DNA of 50,604 bases from Candidatus Heimdallarchaeota archaeon (GTDB lineage: Archaea > Asgardarchaeota > Heimdallarchaeia > Heimdallarchaeales > Kariarchaeaceae): positions 1 to 50,604 of the forward strand of contig WAKA01000156.1 in NCBI GenBank assembly GCA_015523565.1, given 5' to 3'. Position 1 is the first letter of the stretch; each line of letters begins with the position of its first letter. Shown here one piece after another: positions 29,037-39,028 of this stretch. The position numbers and the translations under genes are program-made. Below the pieces are notes generated by a model. It ran no database searches. It saw only the letters and a list, made by a program, of their open reading frames with translations, and had not been told where the DNA came from.

Positions 29037-30176
29037 ATGGAAAATATCACTGACCCTGTGTCTGTTCTTAGAAAGCTAGGTGAACCTTTAAACTTAAGCA
29101 CGAGTGAGTTTGAAACTGTTGTCACCTCCATTCTTTCAAAGTACCTTGAAACCCCCACCGAATCATTGGACAGAAAGGAATCATTTTTGAAATTGTTGAC
29201 AAAACTCATAATTCTTATGGAAAAACAGTCCCCTGATAACTCAAAACCTTATGTTTCCACGTTGTTGAAACATTGGATGGATCTGGGAAAGCTTTACTTT
29301 GCAGAAAGTAATTTCTTCAAAGCTGAGCAATTGTTTTCAAATCTAATGGACTTCAGTGCTTCTCATGATGCGGCTTCATACAAAAAAATTGCTTCAAAAT
29401 ACGTAATTATGTGTCAACTTGGATACTTTCATGATTTGGTTCGTGCTGCAAACATGTATCGTTATTTTGGGGATATTGAACGAGGTATCGGCTTGGCATG
29501 GCGTGCACTTATCCTGAGTCTTGATATTATTATGCGTGCTGAACAATTTGGACTTGATGTTGTCAATACTGTAAGACAAATTAAACCTCACTTTTTTGTA
29601 TGTCGTAGCATCCTGCTTGAAATTAATGATGACACGCGTCCAGTGGTGAAATTAAAATTAGATGAGTTGTATAACGCATATGAGCTCCTCTCTGATGATA
29701 TTCCTGATACACATGAAGAAATTTCCCTCTGGGTCGCAACCCATCGAGATTCTTTACAATATCTTATCCCTCAAGATACACCTTCACTTCTTGCCCTGAC
29801 ATCTGATGGACGGGTTGTCTATTATTCCAATATTGCCTCTGATTTGGATGGTGACATGGAACCATTTGCTCATTTGGTTGGTGGGGTGCTTACTGCAATA
29901 AATTCGATATTTATTGAGCAACACAAAAGATTGGGTGGGGCAATTAGGGAAATTATCACTGCTGAAAAAATCATTTACATCTCCCATAACAAATCCATAA
30001 ATGTGGCTATTTTTTGTGATTTCCTGACTGATGAACTTATCCAATTTGCGGATTCTCTTTGCGAAGAATTGGAAGAGGAATTCCACGACGTTCTTCTTCA
30101 ATGGTCTGGTCATGGAAAAGAAATTGCTCCCATTCAAAAATTTATCGAGAAACAAATATGTCAACTTGTCTCTTAG
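29037..30176 (+). CDS. Helical-repeat protein with C-terminal longin/roadblock-like domain
   Basis: TPR-like N-terminal half; C-terminus LLALTSDGRVVYY...LVGGVLTAINSIF.E....IREI.....IYI...F...L..WSG. Confidence 0.6.
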   Translation: MENITDPVSVLRKLGEPLNLSTSEFETVVTSILSKYLETPTESLDRKESFLKLLTKLIILMEKQSPDNSKPYVSTLLKHWMDLGKLYFAESNFFKAEQLFSNLMDFSASHDAASYKKIASKYVIMCQLGYFHDLVRAANMYRYFGDIERGIGLAWRALILSLDIIMRAEQFGLDVVNTVRQIKPHFFVCRSILLEINDDTRPVVKLKLDELYNAYELLSDDIPDTHEEISLWVATHRDSLQYLIPQDTPSLLALTSDGRVVYYSNIASDLDGDMEPFAHLVGGVLTAINSIFIEQHKRLGGAIREIITAEKIIYISHNKSINVAIFCDFLTDELIQFADSLCEELEEEFHDVLLQWSGHGKEIAPIQKFIEKQICQLVS

Positions 30177-30216
30177 ATGGACAATTACTTATACAATTCC
30201 TTCCCAATATTTCATA

Positions 30217-31632
30217 ATGGACATGCCTAGTGATTCAGAAAAAAATTTGAAACGCATTGCCCTGAATGCTTGGGAGCCTGAACAAAGGGCTGATGCCGCA
30301 AGGCAAATCCATGATCAGCAATTCCTTACCAAGCTTGTTTTGACCGATCTCTCTTCCAAAGTTCGTGACGCGGCAATTGAAAACATTATTGATCCTGACT
30401 ATTTGACGATCATTGCCACCCGTTCCAAATTTCCTTCTATTAGGACTGCTGCAATTTCAAAAATTTCTGATGAAAATAAGTTGGTTGAAATCATCTTGGA
30501 ATCCGATTTTCCAACTAGTGTTCGCGAAGCATTTGAAAAATTAAATTCTGATGAATCTCTTGCCACAATTGCCAAGCAGGTGGGAGGAACTCTTGGCAAG
30601 CAATCCCTTGCCCGAATTTCAAAACGATTTGACATTTTGAAGGATATTGCAATACGGTCTCGAGATCCAAAAATCCAATGGATGGCTGTTGAACTTCTTC
30701 AGTCACATTTCCCTGAAAAAAACATCCAAGACCTCTACTTCAATATGGCAAAAGATCAGACATTTCCCATTGAAATACGGTTGGATGCCCTGAACCAATT
30801 GAATGATAAACAATTCCTTTTTCAGTTGGCAATTGCGCTTTCTGATGTTCTCGTTGAAACTGAATCGTCTGGTTTGGCAGAAATGTCTCCCAAAATTGAA
30901 ATTGAATCAATTTTTGAAACAACCCTCATGAAACTTGATGATCCTGTCCATCTTCAACTTATTTCGATAATCCATCCCCGTCTTGTTCCTTTGGTCATGA
31001 AAACTATCCAACAAAAAGAAACCCTTCTCAAGATTTCTAATGATATGCCAAATCTTATTGACCTTGTTGTTCATGAACTTGTAAATCGGTTTGGTGAATT
31101 CAAGGATGCAATGGCTATTTACCAAACAGCCAATCAGGAAATGCGTCATGCAATTCTTCAAAAACATTTGAAATCTGATTTCTTAATTAATTTATTTGAT
31201 GTTGAAACCGACTCAGGGTTAACTTTGAAAATACTTGAAAGTATTGGTAATGAAGAAAAAAGAAAACGTGTAATCAAAAATTTTCCTCTTCAGAAATTGG
31301 AAATGTTAGCAACAACACTTGAAAAGGAGAACCCTCTTTTCTCCTCCATTCAAAATGAAATCGCAAAAAAAAGTCAGATTTCTTTTCAAACACCTGAAGA
31401 AGCTTTCAACTATGTGGTTGCAAACCCCAATTCCCCTGTTTCTTTGGATGCACTCGAATTAATGGTAGGCACTCCCTTTCTGGAAAAAATCCTTGACCAA
31501 ACAGTTCCTTTTGTATTGAAACAAAAAGTCATTGATCTGATGGATGAAATGACCCTGCAAATCGTGCTATTGACCGTAAGTGATATTCGAATACAGGATG
31601 AGATAAGGCAAAAGCTCCAAAGAAAGGCATAA
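30217..31632 (+). CDS. Alpha-solenoid protein with ~24-aa HEAT/LRV-like repeats
   Basis: LxxIAxx...VRxAAIxxIxD repeated at the N-terminus. Confidence 0.7.
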   Translation: MDMPSDSEKNLKRIALNAWEPEQRADAARQIHDQQFLTKLVLTDLSSKVRDAAIENIIDPDYLTIIATRSKFPSIRTAAISKISDENKLVEIILESDFPTSVREAFEKLNSDESLATIAKQVGGTLGKQSLARISKRFDILKDIAIRSRDPKIQWMAVELLQSHFPEKNIQDLYFNMAKDQTFPIEIRLDALNQLNDKQFLFQLAIALSDVLVETESSGLAEMSPKIEIESIFETTLMKLDDPVHLQLISIIHPRLVPLVMKTIQQKETLLKISNDMPNLIDLVVHELVNRFGEFKDAMAIYQTANQEMRHAILQKHLKSDFLINLFDVETDSGLTLKILESIGNEEKRKRVIKNFPLQKLEMLATTLEKENPLFSSIQNEIAKKSQISFQTPEEAFNYVVANPNSPVSLDALELMVGTPFLEKILDQTVPFVLKQKVIDLMDEMTLQIVLLTVSDIRIQDEIRQKLQRKA

Positions 31633-31678
31633 AGTTTTCTTCCAAAAAAAAAATAAAGCAATAATCAAGGGTGCTATT

Positions 31679-32713
31679 GTGGTAGTTGACATAGAGCAAG
31701 CATTTTCCCTGATTAAAAGAAACACCGAAGAAATCGTAAGTGAGGACGAGTTAAAACAAATCTTACAAGAAGGAAATCCTAAGGCGTATTGGGGAACCGC
31801 TCCCACTGGAAAAATCCATATTGGTTATTTGATCCCAATGAGCAAAATAGCTGATTTCCTTGATGCGGGTGTTTCCTTCAAAATCTTATTGGCCAATCTT
31901 CATGCACACCTTGATGACATGAAAAGTCCTTTTGAATTATTGGATTTTCGAACTGAATATTATCGCCAAGTGATCATGGGGATGTTAGAAGGACTGGGGG
32001 TTGACCCCAAAAAAATCACGTTTGTTGTTGGTACTGATTATGAACTCAATCCTGACTATAGCTTAGACCTATTGAAAATGGCTGCAATGGTCACCCTCAA
32101 CAGGTCTCGAAGGGCAGGTGCAGAAGTGGTTCGAACTGCCGATGACCCAAAATTAGGTGCATTTATCTATCCTCTCATGCAATCTTTGGATGTCCCATTT
32201 CTTGATTGTAATATCGCATTTGGTGGTATTGACCAACGGGGCATCTATATGCTCAGCCGAGAATATCTGCCACGGCTTGGCTATCCAAAACCTGTCTGTG
32301 TATTCAACCCTCTTTTACCAGGATTGACTGGTGAAAAAATGAGTGCTTCTGAAGAAGCCTCCAAGATTGATGCTCTTGAATCTCCCAAATCCTTAAAGAA
32401 AAAATATTCCAAATCTTTCTGCCCTGAAAAAATAGTTGAAAATAACCCTGTTCTGGTTTTTGCAAAATCTGTGATCTTTCCATACCTTGAAAGAACTAAA
32501 CAGACATTCGATGTCAAAAGACCTGAAAAATTTGGAGGAGACATATCATTTGAAAACTACGAAACTCTTGAAAATGCTTATGCATCTGGCAACCTTCACC
32601 CCGCAGATTTGAAAAAGACAATGGGGGCATATCTTGTTGATATCCTTGCTCCTGTGAGGAAACGGTTTGAAGCAAACCCCAAACTTCTTGAACAGGCGTA
32701 TCCTTCCTCTTAA
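31679..32713 (+). CDS. tyrS: Tyrosine--tRNA ligase (archaeal/eukaryotic type)
   Basis: YWGTAPTGKIHIGY, YPLMQSLD, FGGIDQR, KMSAS, LHPADLK. Confidence 0.96.
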   Translation: MVVDIEQAFSLIKRNTEEIVSEDELKQILQEGNPKAYWGTAPTGKIHIGYLIPMSKIADFLDAGVSFKILLANLHAHLDDMKSPFELLDFRTEYYRQVIMGMLEGLGVDPKKITFVVGTDYELNPDYSLDLLKMAAMVTLNRSRRAGAEVVRTADDPKLGAFIYPLMQSLDVPFLDCNIAFGGIDQRGIYMLSREYLPRLGYPKPVCVFNPLLPGLTGEKMSASEEASKIDALESPKSLKKKYSKSFCPEKIVENNPVLVFAKSVIFPYLERTKQTFDVKRPEKFGGDISFENYETLENAYASGNLHPADLKKTMGAYLVDILAPVRKRFEANPKLLEQAYPSS

Positions 32714-33315
32714 ATGCTATACAGACCTGTAAATAGCAACCAAGTTGCAACCATCGAGAAAACGTGAAAAATGTCATTGTGGTTGAAATGCTTATGAAAT
32801 CCTATTTTCTTTACTTGTATTACTGTCCCCACTGCTAAAACAATAAATCCCCAGATAATTTCGATAACTCCATTGACTTGGTCAGTCAAAAGACTATAGA
32901 TACATATCCCCATTGCCGACAACATTGCAATGCCATAATAGACTACTGCATCAAAAAACTGCCCATTTGTCCATACTCTGTAAAAATATGGGATCAACGC
33001 GAGCCCAAAAATCCACCCGACAATAGCGCTGATTTGGGGAAGCAATAGCCTAGTAATCCCAAAAATCAATGAGAAACTTGTCAATGCCAGTAAAATCAAG
33101 GTTCCCTTCCATGCAATTTTTTCTCTCTTTGGTGTTATATATTCCTTGAACCCATGGCTGGTTCCTCCAAATAATGCCCCAACACCTAATAGAAAAAAAT
33201 ATGAAATGATCCATGTTTCCCTGTATCCTTTGCTCAACATTATTGCTGCAAATGCAAATGCTTCAATCGTAATCATGTAATCGGTGATCATTGTTACAGG
33301 CTCTGTAATTTTCAC
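32710..33315 (-). CDS. Multi-pass membrane protein, DUF6962-like
   Basis: EPVTMITDY, GGTSHGF, FNHNDIFH; about 7 TM segments. Confidence 0.65.
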   Translation of the reverse strand: MKITEPVTMITDYMITIEAFAFAAIMLSKGYRETWIISYFFLLGVGALFGGTSHGFKEYITPKREKIAWKGTLILLALTSFSLIFGITRLLLPQISAIVGWIFGLALIPYFYRVWTNGQFFDAVVYYGIAMLSAMGICIYSLLTDQVNGVIEIIWGFIVLAVGTVIQVKKIGFHKHFNHNDIFHVFSMVATWLLFTGLYSI

Positions 33316-33390
33316 AATGACCCATTCTTCCTTTGTTTTTTGGAGTTATCTGTCTCGAATCGATTTTCTGCTTCATTGACAAATATGACT

Positions 33391-34323
33391 CTAAAATTGT
33401 ATCTCTGTCAATTTCCGGACTTTATCTATTTCTGTGTGTTTCTTCAATATGACAAATGGAATCGACATGGAGGGGTCTACAACAAACTCTTTTATGCCAA
33501 ATCTCAATGTCTTGCCATCTATGACAACCCTAGAACCGTAGAGGATCTCCAATGTCTTTCTTGGATTTTCATCTTCGGGTAGTCCTTCTCTTTTTCTTAT
33601 CTCTTCATACGCTTCTATTGCCATTTCTGAAATAGTGCTGTTTTTCAGATCCAAAATCACCTTTACTTTTTTCCGGGGAACGATGAAATTGGCTGAAGAA
33701 TGAATTCCTCCTAATGTCAAAATCTGTAGTGCATTTTCATTCAAATTGACATATCCACCATGGGATAATGCCCATCCCGTGGACCCAATCGATGTTGAAA
33801 TCATCACTCCATCAGCCATGGTTGTTGTGATGGCACTATACTTATTTGAAGCCCCTGATTCAATCTCTACTGTAAATTTAGCGAGATGTGGATTGACTTG
33901 CGCATAAACCTCATTGACCGCCAAATATCTTTTTCCCAAAATTTCAACTCGAAGAATTGTTCTGTTGTGAATGTTGTAATCCCCATTGAGAATCCTTTGG
34001 AATCCTTCCTTGAACTTTTTTTCACCGAACTCAAGTTGTTTCAAATAGCCTACGGAAGTTGGTCGTGTGACAGGGACGATGGGTTTCAATTTTGCAATGC
34101 TGCCAAACGAATCATAAAATGTCCTAATCAACCATGCAACAGACCCATCCCCTCCCACCGTAAAAATAAAATCACATTCGTCCAATATCTCAGGTTCAAC
34201 TATGGCTTGACTAAAATGATAACATTTCGTTGAAGGGGAAAGGGTGTTAACATATTCCCTGATTTTCATAAACTCTTTTTGCTCACGTGAGCTTATGCAA
34301 ATCCCCTTTATTCCTTGTTCCAC
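33391..34323 (-). CDS. nadK: NAD(+) kinase
   Basis: GGDG, AVNE, ADGVMISTSIGSTGWALSHGG. Confidence 0.85.
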   Translation of the reverse strand: MEQGIKGICISSREQKEFMKIREYVNTLSPSTKCYHFSQAIVEPEILDECDFIFTVGGDGSVAWLIRTFYDSFGSIAKLKPIVPVTRPTSVGYLKQLEFGEKKFKEGFQRILNGDYNIHNRTILRVEILGKRYLAVNEVYAQVNPHLAKFTVEIESGASNKYSAITTTMADGVMISTSIGSTGWALSHGGYVNLNENALQILTLGGIHSSANFIVPRKKVKVILDLKNSTISEMAIEAYEEIRKREGLPEDENPRKTLEILYGSRVVIDGKTLRFGIKEFVVDPSMSIPFVILKKHTEIDKVRKLTEIQF

Positions 34324-34372
34324 ATGCTTTTTTTAATCCTTAGTCAATTTAAATATAATTCATGGAGATGGT

Positions 34373-35389
34373 TCATTTGTTCTTTTGTAAATCAATCATC
34401 GCATCAGATGGTTCATAACTGTGTCCGATTATTGGATGGGGGAGATATGCCTCATCAATACGTCTGATTTGCTCTTGCTTTAAATTAATGTCCACTGCAT
34501 CTATTGCTTCCTCTAAATGGGATAACTTTGTCACACCCACAATTGGTGATGTTATGCCTGGTCTATGGAGTATCCAACTTAATGCTGTCTGTGCAACAGA
34601 GGCACCAATCTCTTCAGAAATTCCTTTGATTGCATCCAATACCTCAAAATCATTTTTCCTGAAATATCTTGCTTTCAAGTATGGGTCTGACCTTAACCGT
34701 TTTTCATTTTCTCCTTCTTTATCCTCTGGTTTGTATTTCCCAGATAAAAATCCTCTTGCTAATGGTGACCATGGAATTATCCCCATCCCCTGATCAATGC
34801 AAAATGGAATCATCTCCCGTTCTTCTTCTCTATAGATTGCATTGTAATGATTCTGCATTGTCGCAAACTTTTCAAGTCCCAACAATTCTGCTGTGTATTG
34901 GGCTTTTGCCAATTGCCATGTGTACATGGAACTTGCCCCTATATGCAATACATATCCCCCATCAATCAATTGGTTTAATGTTCTCATCAGGTATTCAACA
35001 CTAACAGAAGGATCCCATCTGTGAATTTGGTATAGGTCAATATAATCTGTATTTAACCTTCTGAGTGAATTTTCTATCTCTCTTGCAATGTGGTACCTAT
35101 TCAATCCCTTGTCATTTTGGCCTGACCCCATGGCAAATCTCACTTTTGTGGCAATTACTACGTCATCCCTATAATCCCCTAAAAGCTCCCCTGTAATCTC
35201 TTCACTCCTCCCTTTTGAGTATACATTGGCTGTATCAAAAAAATTGATGCCGGCATCAATTGCTTTTTCGACAATTGGTTTTGCCTCATCTATCTCCAAC
35301 TGCCATTCTTGACCATTGCCAAAACTCATCATGCCTAAACAAATTCTCGAAACCGTAATTCCTGTTTTTCCAAGCTTTGCGTATTTCAC
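34373..35389 (-). CDS. Aldo/keto reductase (YajO/aryl-alcohol dehydrogenase-like)
   Basis: FFDTANVYS.G.SE, IATK, DLYQIHRWD, PWSPLARG. Confidence 0.92.
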   Translation of the reverse strand: MKYAKLGKTGITVSRICLGMMSFGNGQEWQLEIDEAKPIVEKAIDAGINFFDTANVYSKGRSEEITGELLGDYRDDVVIATKVRFAMGSGQNDKGLNRYHIAREIENSLRRLNTDYIDLYQIHRWDPSVSVEYLMRTLNQLIDGGYVLHIGASSMYTWQLAKAQYTAELLGLEKFATMQNHYNAIYREEEREMIPFCIDQGMGIIPWSPLARGFLSGKYKPEDKEGENEKRLRSDPYLKARYFRKNDFEVLDAIKGISEEIGASVAQTALSWILHRPGITSPIVGVTKLSHLEEAIDAVDINLKQEQIRRIDEAYLPHPIIGHSYEPSDAMIDLQKNK

Positions 35390-35431
35390 GTCATATTCAC
35401 TTATTCTTTGCTTAAGTGTCTTTTCTTTTTC

Positions 35432-37210
35432 CTATTTGTTCTTGACTTTGATTTCCTCCAGATATTCTGCACTTTGGGTCTGGAAATAGAGTTCATACAT
35501 TTCCTTGTATGCTCCCTGTTGGGAGATCAGTTCTTGGTGTGTTCCCTCTTGAACAATTCTCCCCTTCTCAAGTACTATGATGTAATCTGAATTCATTATG
35601 GTTGTCAATCGATGGGCAATGACTAATGCAGTTCTATTCTTAAGTAGCTCATCCGTCGCTTCTTGAATCTTCGCCTCTGTATACAGGTCAACAACAGATG
35701 TGGCCTCATCCAAAATAATGATGTTTGGGTTTGAAAGCAATGCTCTGGCAAAAGAAATCATCTGTCTTTGACCTGCCGATAAATTCCCTCCTCCTGATGT
35801 GAGGTATGTATCCAATCCGTCCGGTAATTGGTTTATGAATTCAACTGCTTGAACTGCTTCCAATACTCTATAGATTTCATCGTCAGTTGCATTGGCTTTT
35901 GCAATTGTCAAGTTCTCCCTTAACGTTCCTTCAAATATGAATACTTTTTGACTGACCATCCCGATTTGTTTTCTTAGGGTTTCTATTTTGTATTCTTGGA
36001 GAGGGATTCCATCTATTAATATTTCTCCTGAGGCAATATCATAGAAACGCAACAATATTGCCGCAAGTGTCGTCTTTCCGGCTCCTGTATGTCCAACAAT
36101 TGCCACCTTCATTCCTGGCTTGACATGGAATGATATGTCTTTCAACACTGGTTCTCCAATTACATATTCAAAATTTACATGCTTGAAGACAATTTCTCCT
36201 TCAATATCTTGTTGTTTGTCACCCTCGGCATTTTCTCGATAGGTGGTGTCACTTGTCAAGGTCAACATCCTTTCCAAGTTTCCAAACATGCTCTGAAACC
36301 TGCTATAATTTCTGGCTAACCCAAGAGCAGGTTCATAGAAGTAATCCAAAACAAAAATGAATAGGTAGAATTCCGACAAGTCAATTGTTCCAGCAATTAC
36401 TTCCATCGAACCGAAAAAAATTATGACCAACAGTGAAATATGGCTCAAAAAGTCATTAATGGGTCCAATTATAAATATTGCAAATGCCCTTTTGATGGAT
36501 GCACGATATGTGGCCTCATTGACCTTCTTAAATGTCGTAACATTCATCTCTTCCCTGCCAAATGCCTTGCTTATTTCTATGGCACGAAGGCTTTCATTGA
36601 ACTTTTGATTGACCGATGCAAAATTCCTCCTCCATGTCTTTTCAACCTTTTTTTGGTATTTTCTCAAAACAAATGCAACAATGAAAAATGCTGGAAAGAA
36701 AATCATGGAAACCAACGTCAATCTTCTTGAATATGTAAATAATACCAAAACAATCATCAGCAACTGGACAAGTTGCGTCAATACATTTGCAAAGTTCAAT
36801 CCCGCATCATACATCTCTTGGATATCATTTGTAACTGCAGATGCCAAAACCCCACTTTCCTGATCATCAAAAAAAGACACCTTGTTATGGATGACTGTCT
36901 TGAATATGTCATTCCTCATGTCCTTGATTATCTGTGAATTAAACCTGACAATCACAACTTCCCGAAGGATCTGCACAATCCATTGGGTCAATAGCAATGA
37001 GAAATAAATGGCTAATGGCAGGATAATTCGAGCTGTCTGTTTTGCTCCTAAATGTCTTCCAACCAAGACTGAAAACCCCTTCTGAAAGGCAATTGGGGCT
37101 ATGGTGGAAATTGCAATTGAAAGCAGCAACAACAAAACAGTGGTCAAAAATAACTTCTTGTAGGGTCGGATATATCCCCACAAAAACCGTGTTAAGCTTT
37201 TGGAACTCAT
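35432..37210 (-). CDS. ABC exporter half-transporter (TMD+NBD), consensus Walker B subunit
   Basis: GHTGAGKT, LSAGQ, ILDEATS, IAHRL. Confidence 0.92.
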   Translation of the reverse strand: MSSKSLTRFLWGYIRPYKKLFLTTVLLLLLSIAISTIAPIAFQKGFSVLVGRHLGAKQTARIILPLAIYFSLLLTQWIVQILREVVIVRFNSQIIKDMRNDIFKTVIHNKVSFFDDQESGVLASAVTNDIQEMYDAGLNFANVLTQLVQLLMIVLVLFTYSRRLTLVSMIFFPAFFIVAFVLRKYQKKVEKTWRRNFASVNQKFNESLRAIEISKAFGREEMNVTTFKKVNEATYRASIKRAFAIFIIGPINDFLSHISLLVIIFFGSMEVIAGTIDLSEFYLFIFVLDYFYEPALGLARNYSRFQSMFGNLERMLTLTSDTTYRENAEGDKQQDIEGEIVFKHVNFEYVIGEPVLKDISFHVKPGMKVAIVGHTGAGKTTLAAILLRFYDIASGEILIDGIPLQEYKIETLRKQIGMVSQKVFIFEGTLRENLTIAKANATDDEIYRVLEAVQAVEFINQLPDGLDTYLTSGGGNLSAGQRQMISFARALLSNPNIIILDEATSVVDLYTEAKIQEATDELLKNRTALVIAHRLTTIMNSDYIIVLEKGRIVQEGTHQELISQQGAYKEMYELYFQTQSAEYLEEIKVKNK

Positions 37211-38958
37211 TGCAAAACCTCCAATGGCGGGAGCTTGTAATGCTTCTCAAACAGCCTCCTGTAAAAAAGATTTGTGCGGATAAGTGTTTCATGATTACCC
37301 ATTCCCACTATTTTTCCACCATCAAAAATCAATATTGCATCTGCCTTTGCAATAATTGAAAGCCTATGCGTTGTCAAGATTGTTGTCCGAGTCTTCAATA
37401 CCTCGTTGATTGCCTCTTGGATCTTCAGTTCTGTTTTTGCATCCAATGCAGATGCCCCGTCATCCATTATCAATATACTTGGATCCATTAACAGTGCTCT
37501 CGCAATTGCAATTCTTTGGGCCTGTCCCCCGCTTAATTTTACGCCTCCTTCTCCAACTAGGTTGTCATATTTCTTTGGCAGTTCCATGATGAAATCATGT
37601 GCCTGTGCAAGCTTTGCCATTTCTATGACCTCCTCCCTTGTCGCTTCTGGCTTTCCGAATCTAATGTTTTCCAAAATCGTGTCATTAAACAGGAAAATGT
37701 CCTGCTCTACTGTTGCAATATGTTCCCTTAGGCTTTCATTTTTGTATTCCTCAATTTTTCTCCCTCCAATCCTGATTTCCCCTTTTGTGGGCAGATAAAG
37801 TCTTTGAATCAATTTTGTGATTGTTGTCTTTCCAGATCCTGGGGTGCCAACTATTACAACTGTCTGATTCTCCTCAATCCGAAAATTAATGTCCTTCAAT
37901 ACGAATGGACTGTCTTTCTCATATTGAAACCAAACAGATCTAAACTCTATCGTTGCAGGTTTGCCTGTAAATTCAAAGTTGCCATCCATAAACATTCCCG
38001 GATCAGGACTATGGATTACCTCATACACCCTTTGGGTTGCCGCAATCATTGAGATTGTCATCCATGATGTCCAATGGAGCTGTTGGGCGGTTGCTCGGGA
38101 TAGCAACAACAGTCCCACCAACAAAACAACGTCATGGATGGATATGGCTTGTGGATTGATTGACGAATAATAAACCACTCCTGCGATGGCTCCAACAGAA
38201 AAAATATTCAATATCAATATTGGATAGAATACTGCCCATTTTTCCCCTTCCTCTATTTTTGCTTTCATATGATTGTAGACTTGTTTGGCAAATTTTTTCT
38301 TTAAGTGTGCCTCTGCAACATAATTCTTGATTTCCCTTATCCCTGAAAAAGCCCCGACCGAAATTTCTGATAGTTTTGAAAACTCTTGAAGCGTTGTTGT
38401 ACTTAAATCTAAAATATCCAATGTATATTTGAGCGTTGCAATGACAAAAAGAATAAATCCTAAAAGTAACAGAAACCCAAATGTTCCATTAATCCTAAAT
38501 GCATTATAAAGTGTGACGCCCCAAATGGCGATCACCCCTATGATTATCCTTACTGCTGGTGATAGGCCAATATTGATGGTTCGTGTGTCTCCTGTTGCTC
38601 TTCCCATAATCTGTCCTATGTTGACCTTGTCGTGATATGTTTGACTGCGATATTGCAGATTTGTAAATAGCTCCTCTGTAATGTCTGTTGTAACTCGATG
38701 TGCCAAAACCTCATTTATGAACGAAACCGAAAAGAACACAAAAGCTTGAACAATTGCAACAATCAGGATTTTCTTGAGAATTTCTGAAATGGTTGCAAAA
38801 TTGGGATTGTTCAGCAATTCCCCAACTGCTTGGGATGTCAATGAAATTGGAATTGTAAACATCATCGCCTCAAAAAAAGACACAATCAATGTATAAAATG
38901 TCTTTAATGGGTATCGCATGTGTATTTTCCAAAGCCACTTCATCCCTTGAAGTTCCAT
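37207..38958 (-). CDS. ABC exporter half-transporter (TMD+NBD), degenerate Walker B subunit
   Basis: GTPGSGKT, LSGGQ, IMDDGASALD; start set at ATG 38958; ATGA overlap with its partner. Confidence 0.92.
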   Translation of the reverse strand: MELQGMKWLWKIHMRYPLKTFYTLIVSFFEAMMFTIPISLTSQAVGELLNNPNFATISEILKKILIVAIVQAFVFFSVSFINEVLAHRVTTDITEELFTNLQYRSQTYHDKVNIGQIMGRATGDTRTINIGLSPAVRIIIGVIAIWGVTLYNAFRINGTFGFLLLLGFILFVIATLKYTLDILDLSTTTLQEFSKLSEISVGAFSGIREIKNYVAEAHLKKKFAKQVYNHMKAKIEEGEKWAVFYPILILNIFSVGAIAGVVYYSSINPQAISIHDVVLLVGLLLLSRATAQQLHWTSWMTISMIAATQRVYEVIHSPDPGMFMDGNFEFTGKPATIEFRSVWFQYEKDSPFVLKDINFRIEENQTVVIVGTPGSGKTTITKLIQRLYLPTKGEIRIGGRKIEEYKNESLREHIATVEQDIFLFNDTILENIRFGKPEATREEVIEMAKLAQAHDFIMELPKKYDNLVGEGGVKLSGGQAQRIAIARALLMDPSILIMDDGASALDAKTELKIQEAINEVLKTRTTILTTHRLSIIAKADAILIFDGGKIVGMGNHETLIRTNLFYRRLFEKHYKLPPLEVLQ

Positions 38959-39028
38959 CTTCTTTTTCTGAACTGTTCTGATATTAAAAAACAAAGAAAG
39001 CAGACACGTCTTTATGGGAAAGAAACAC

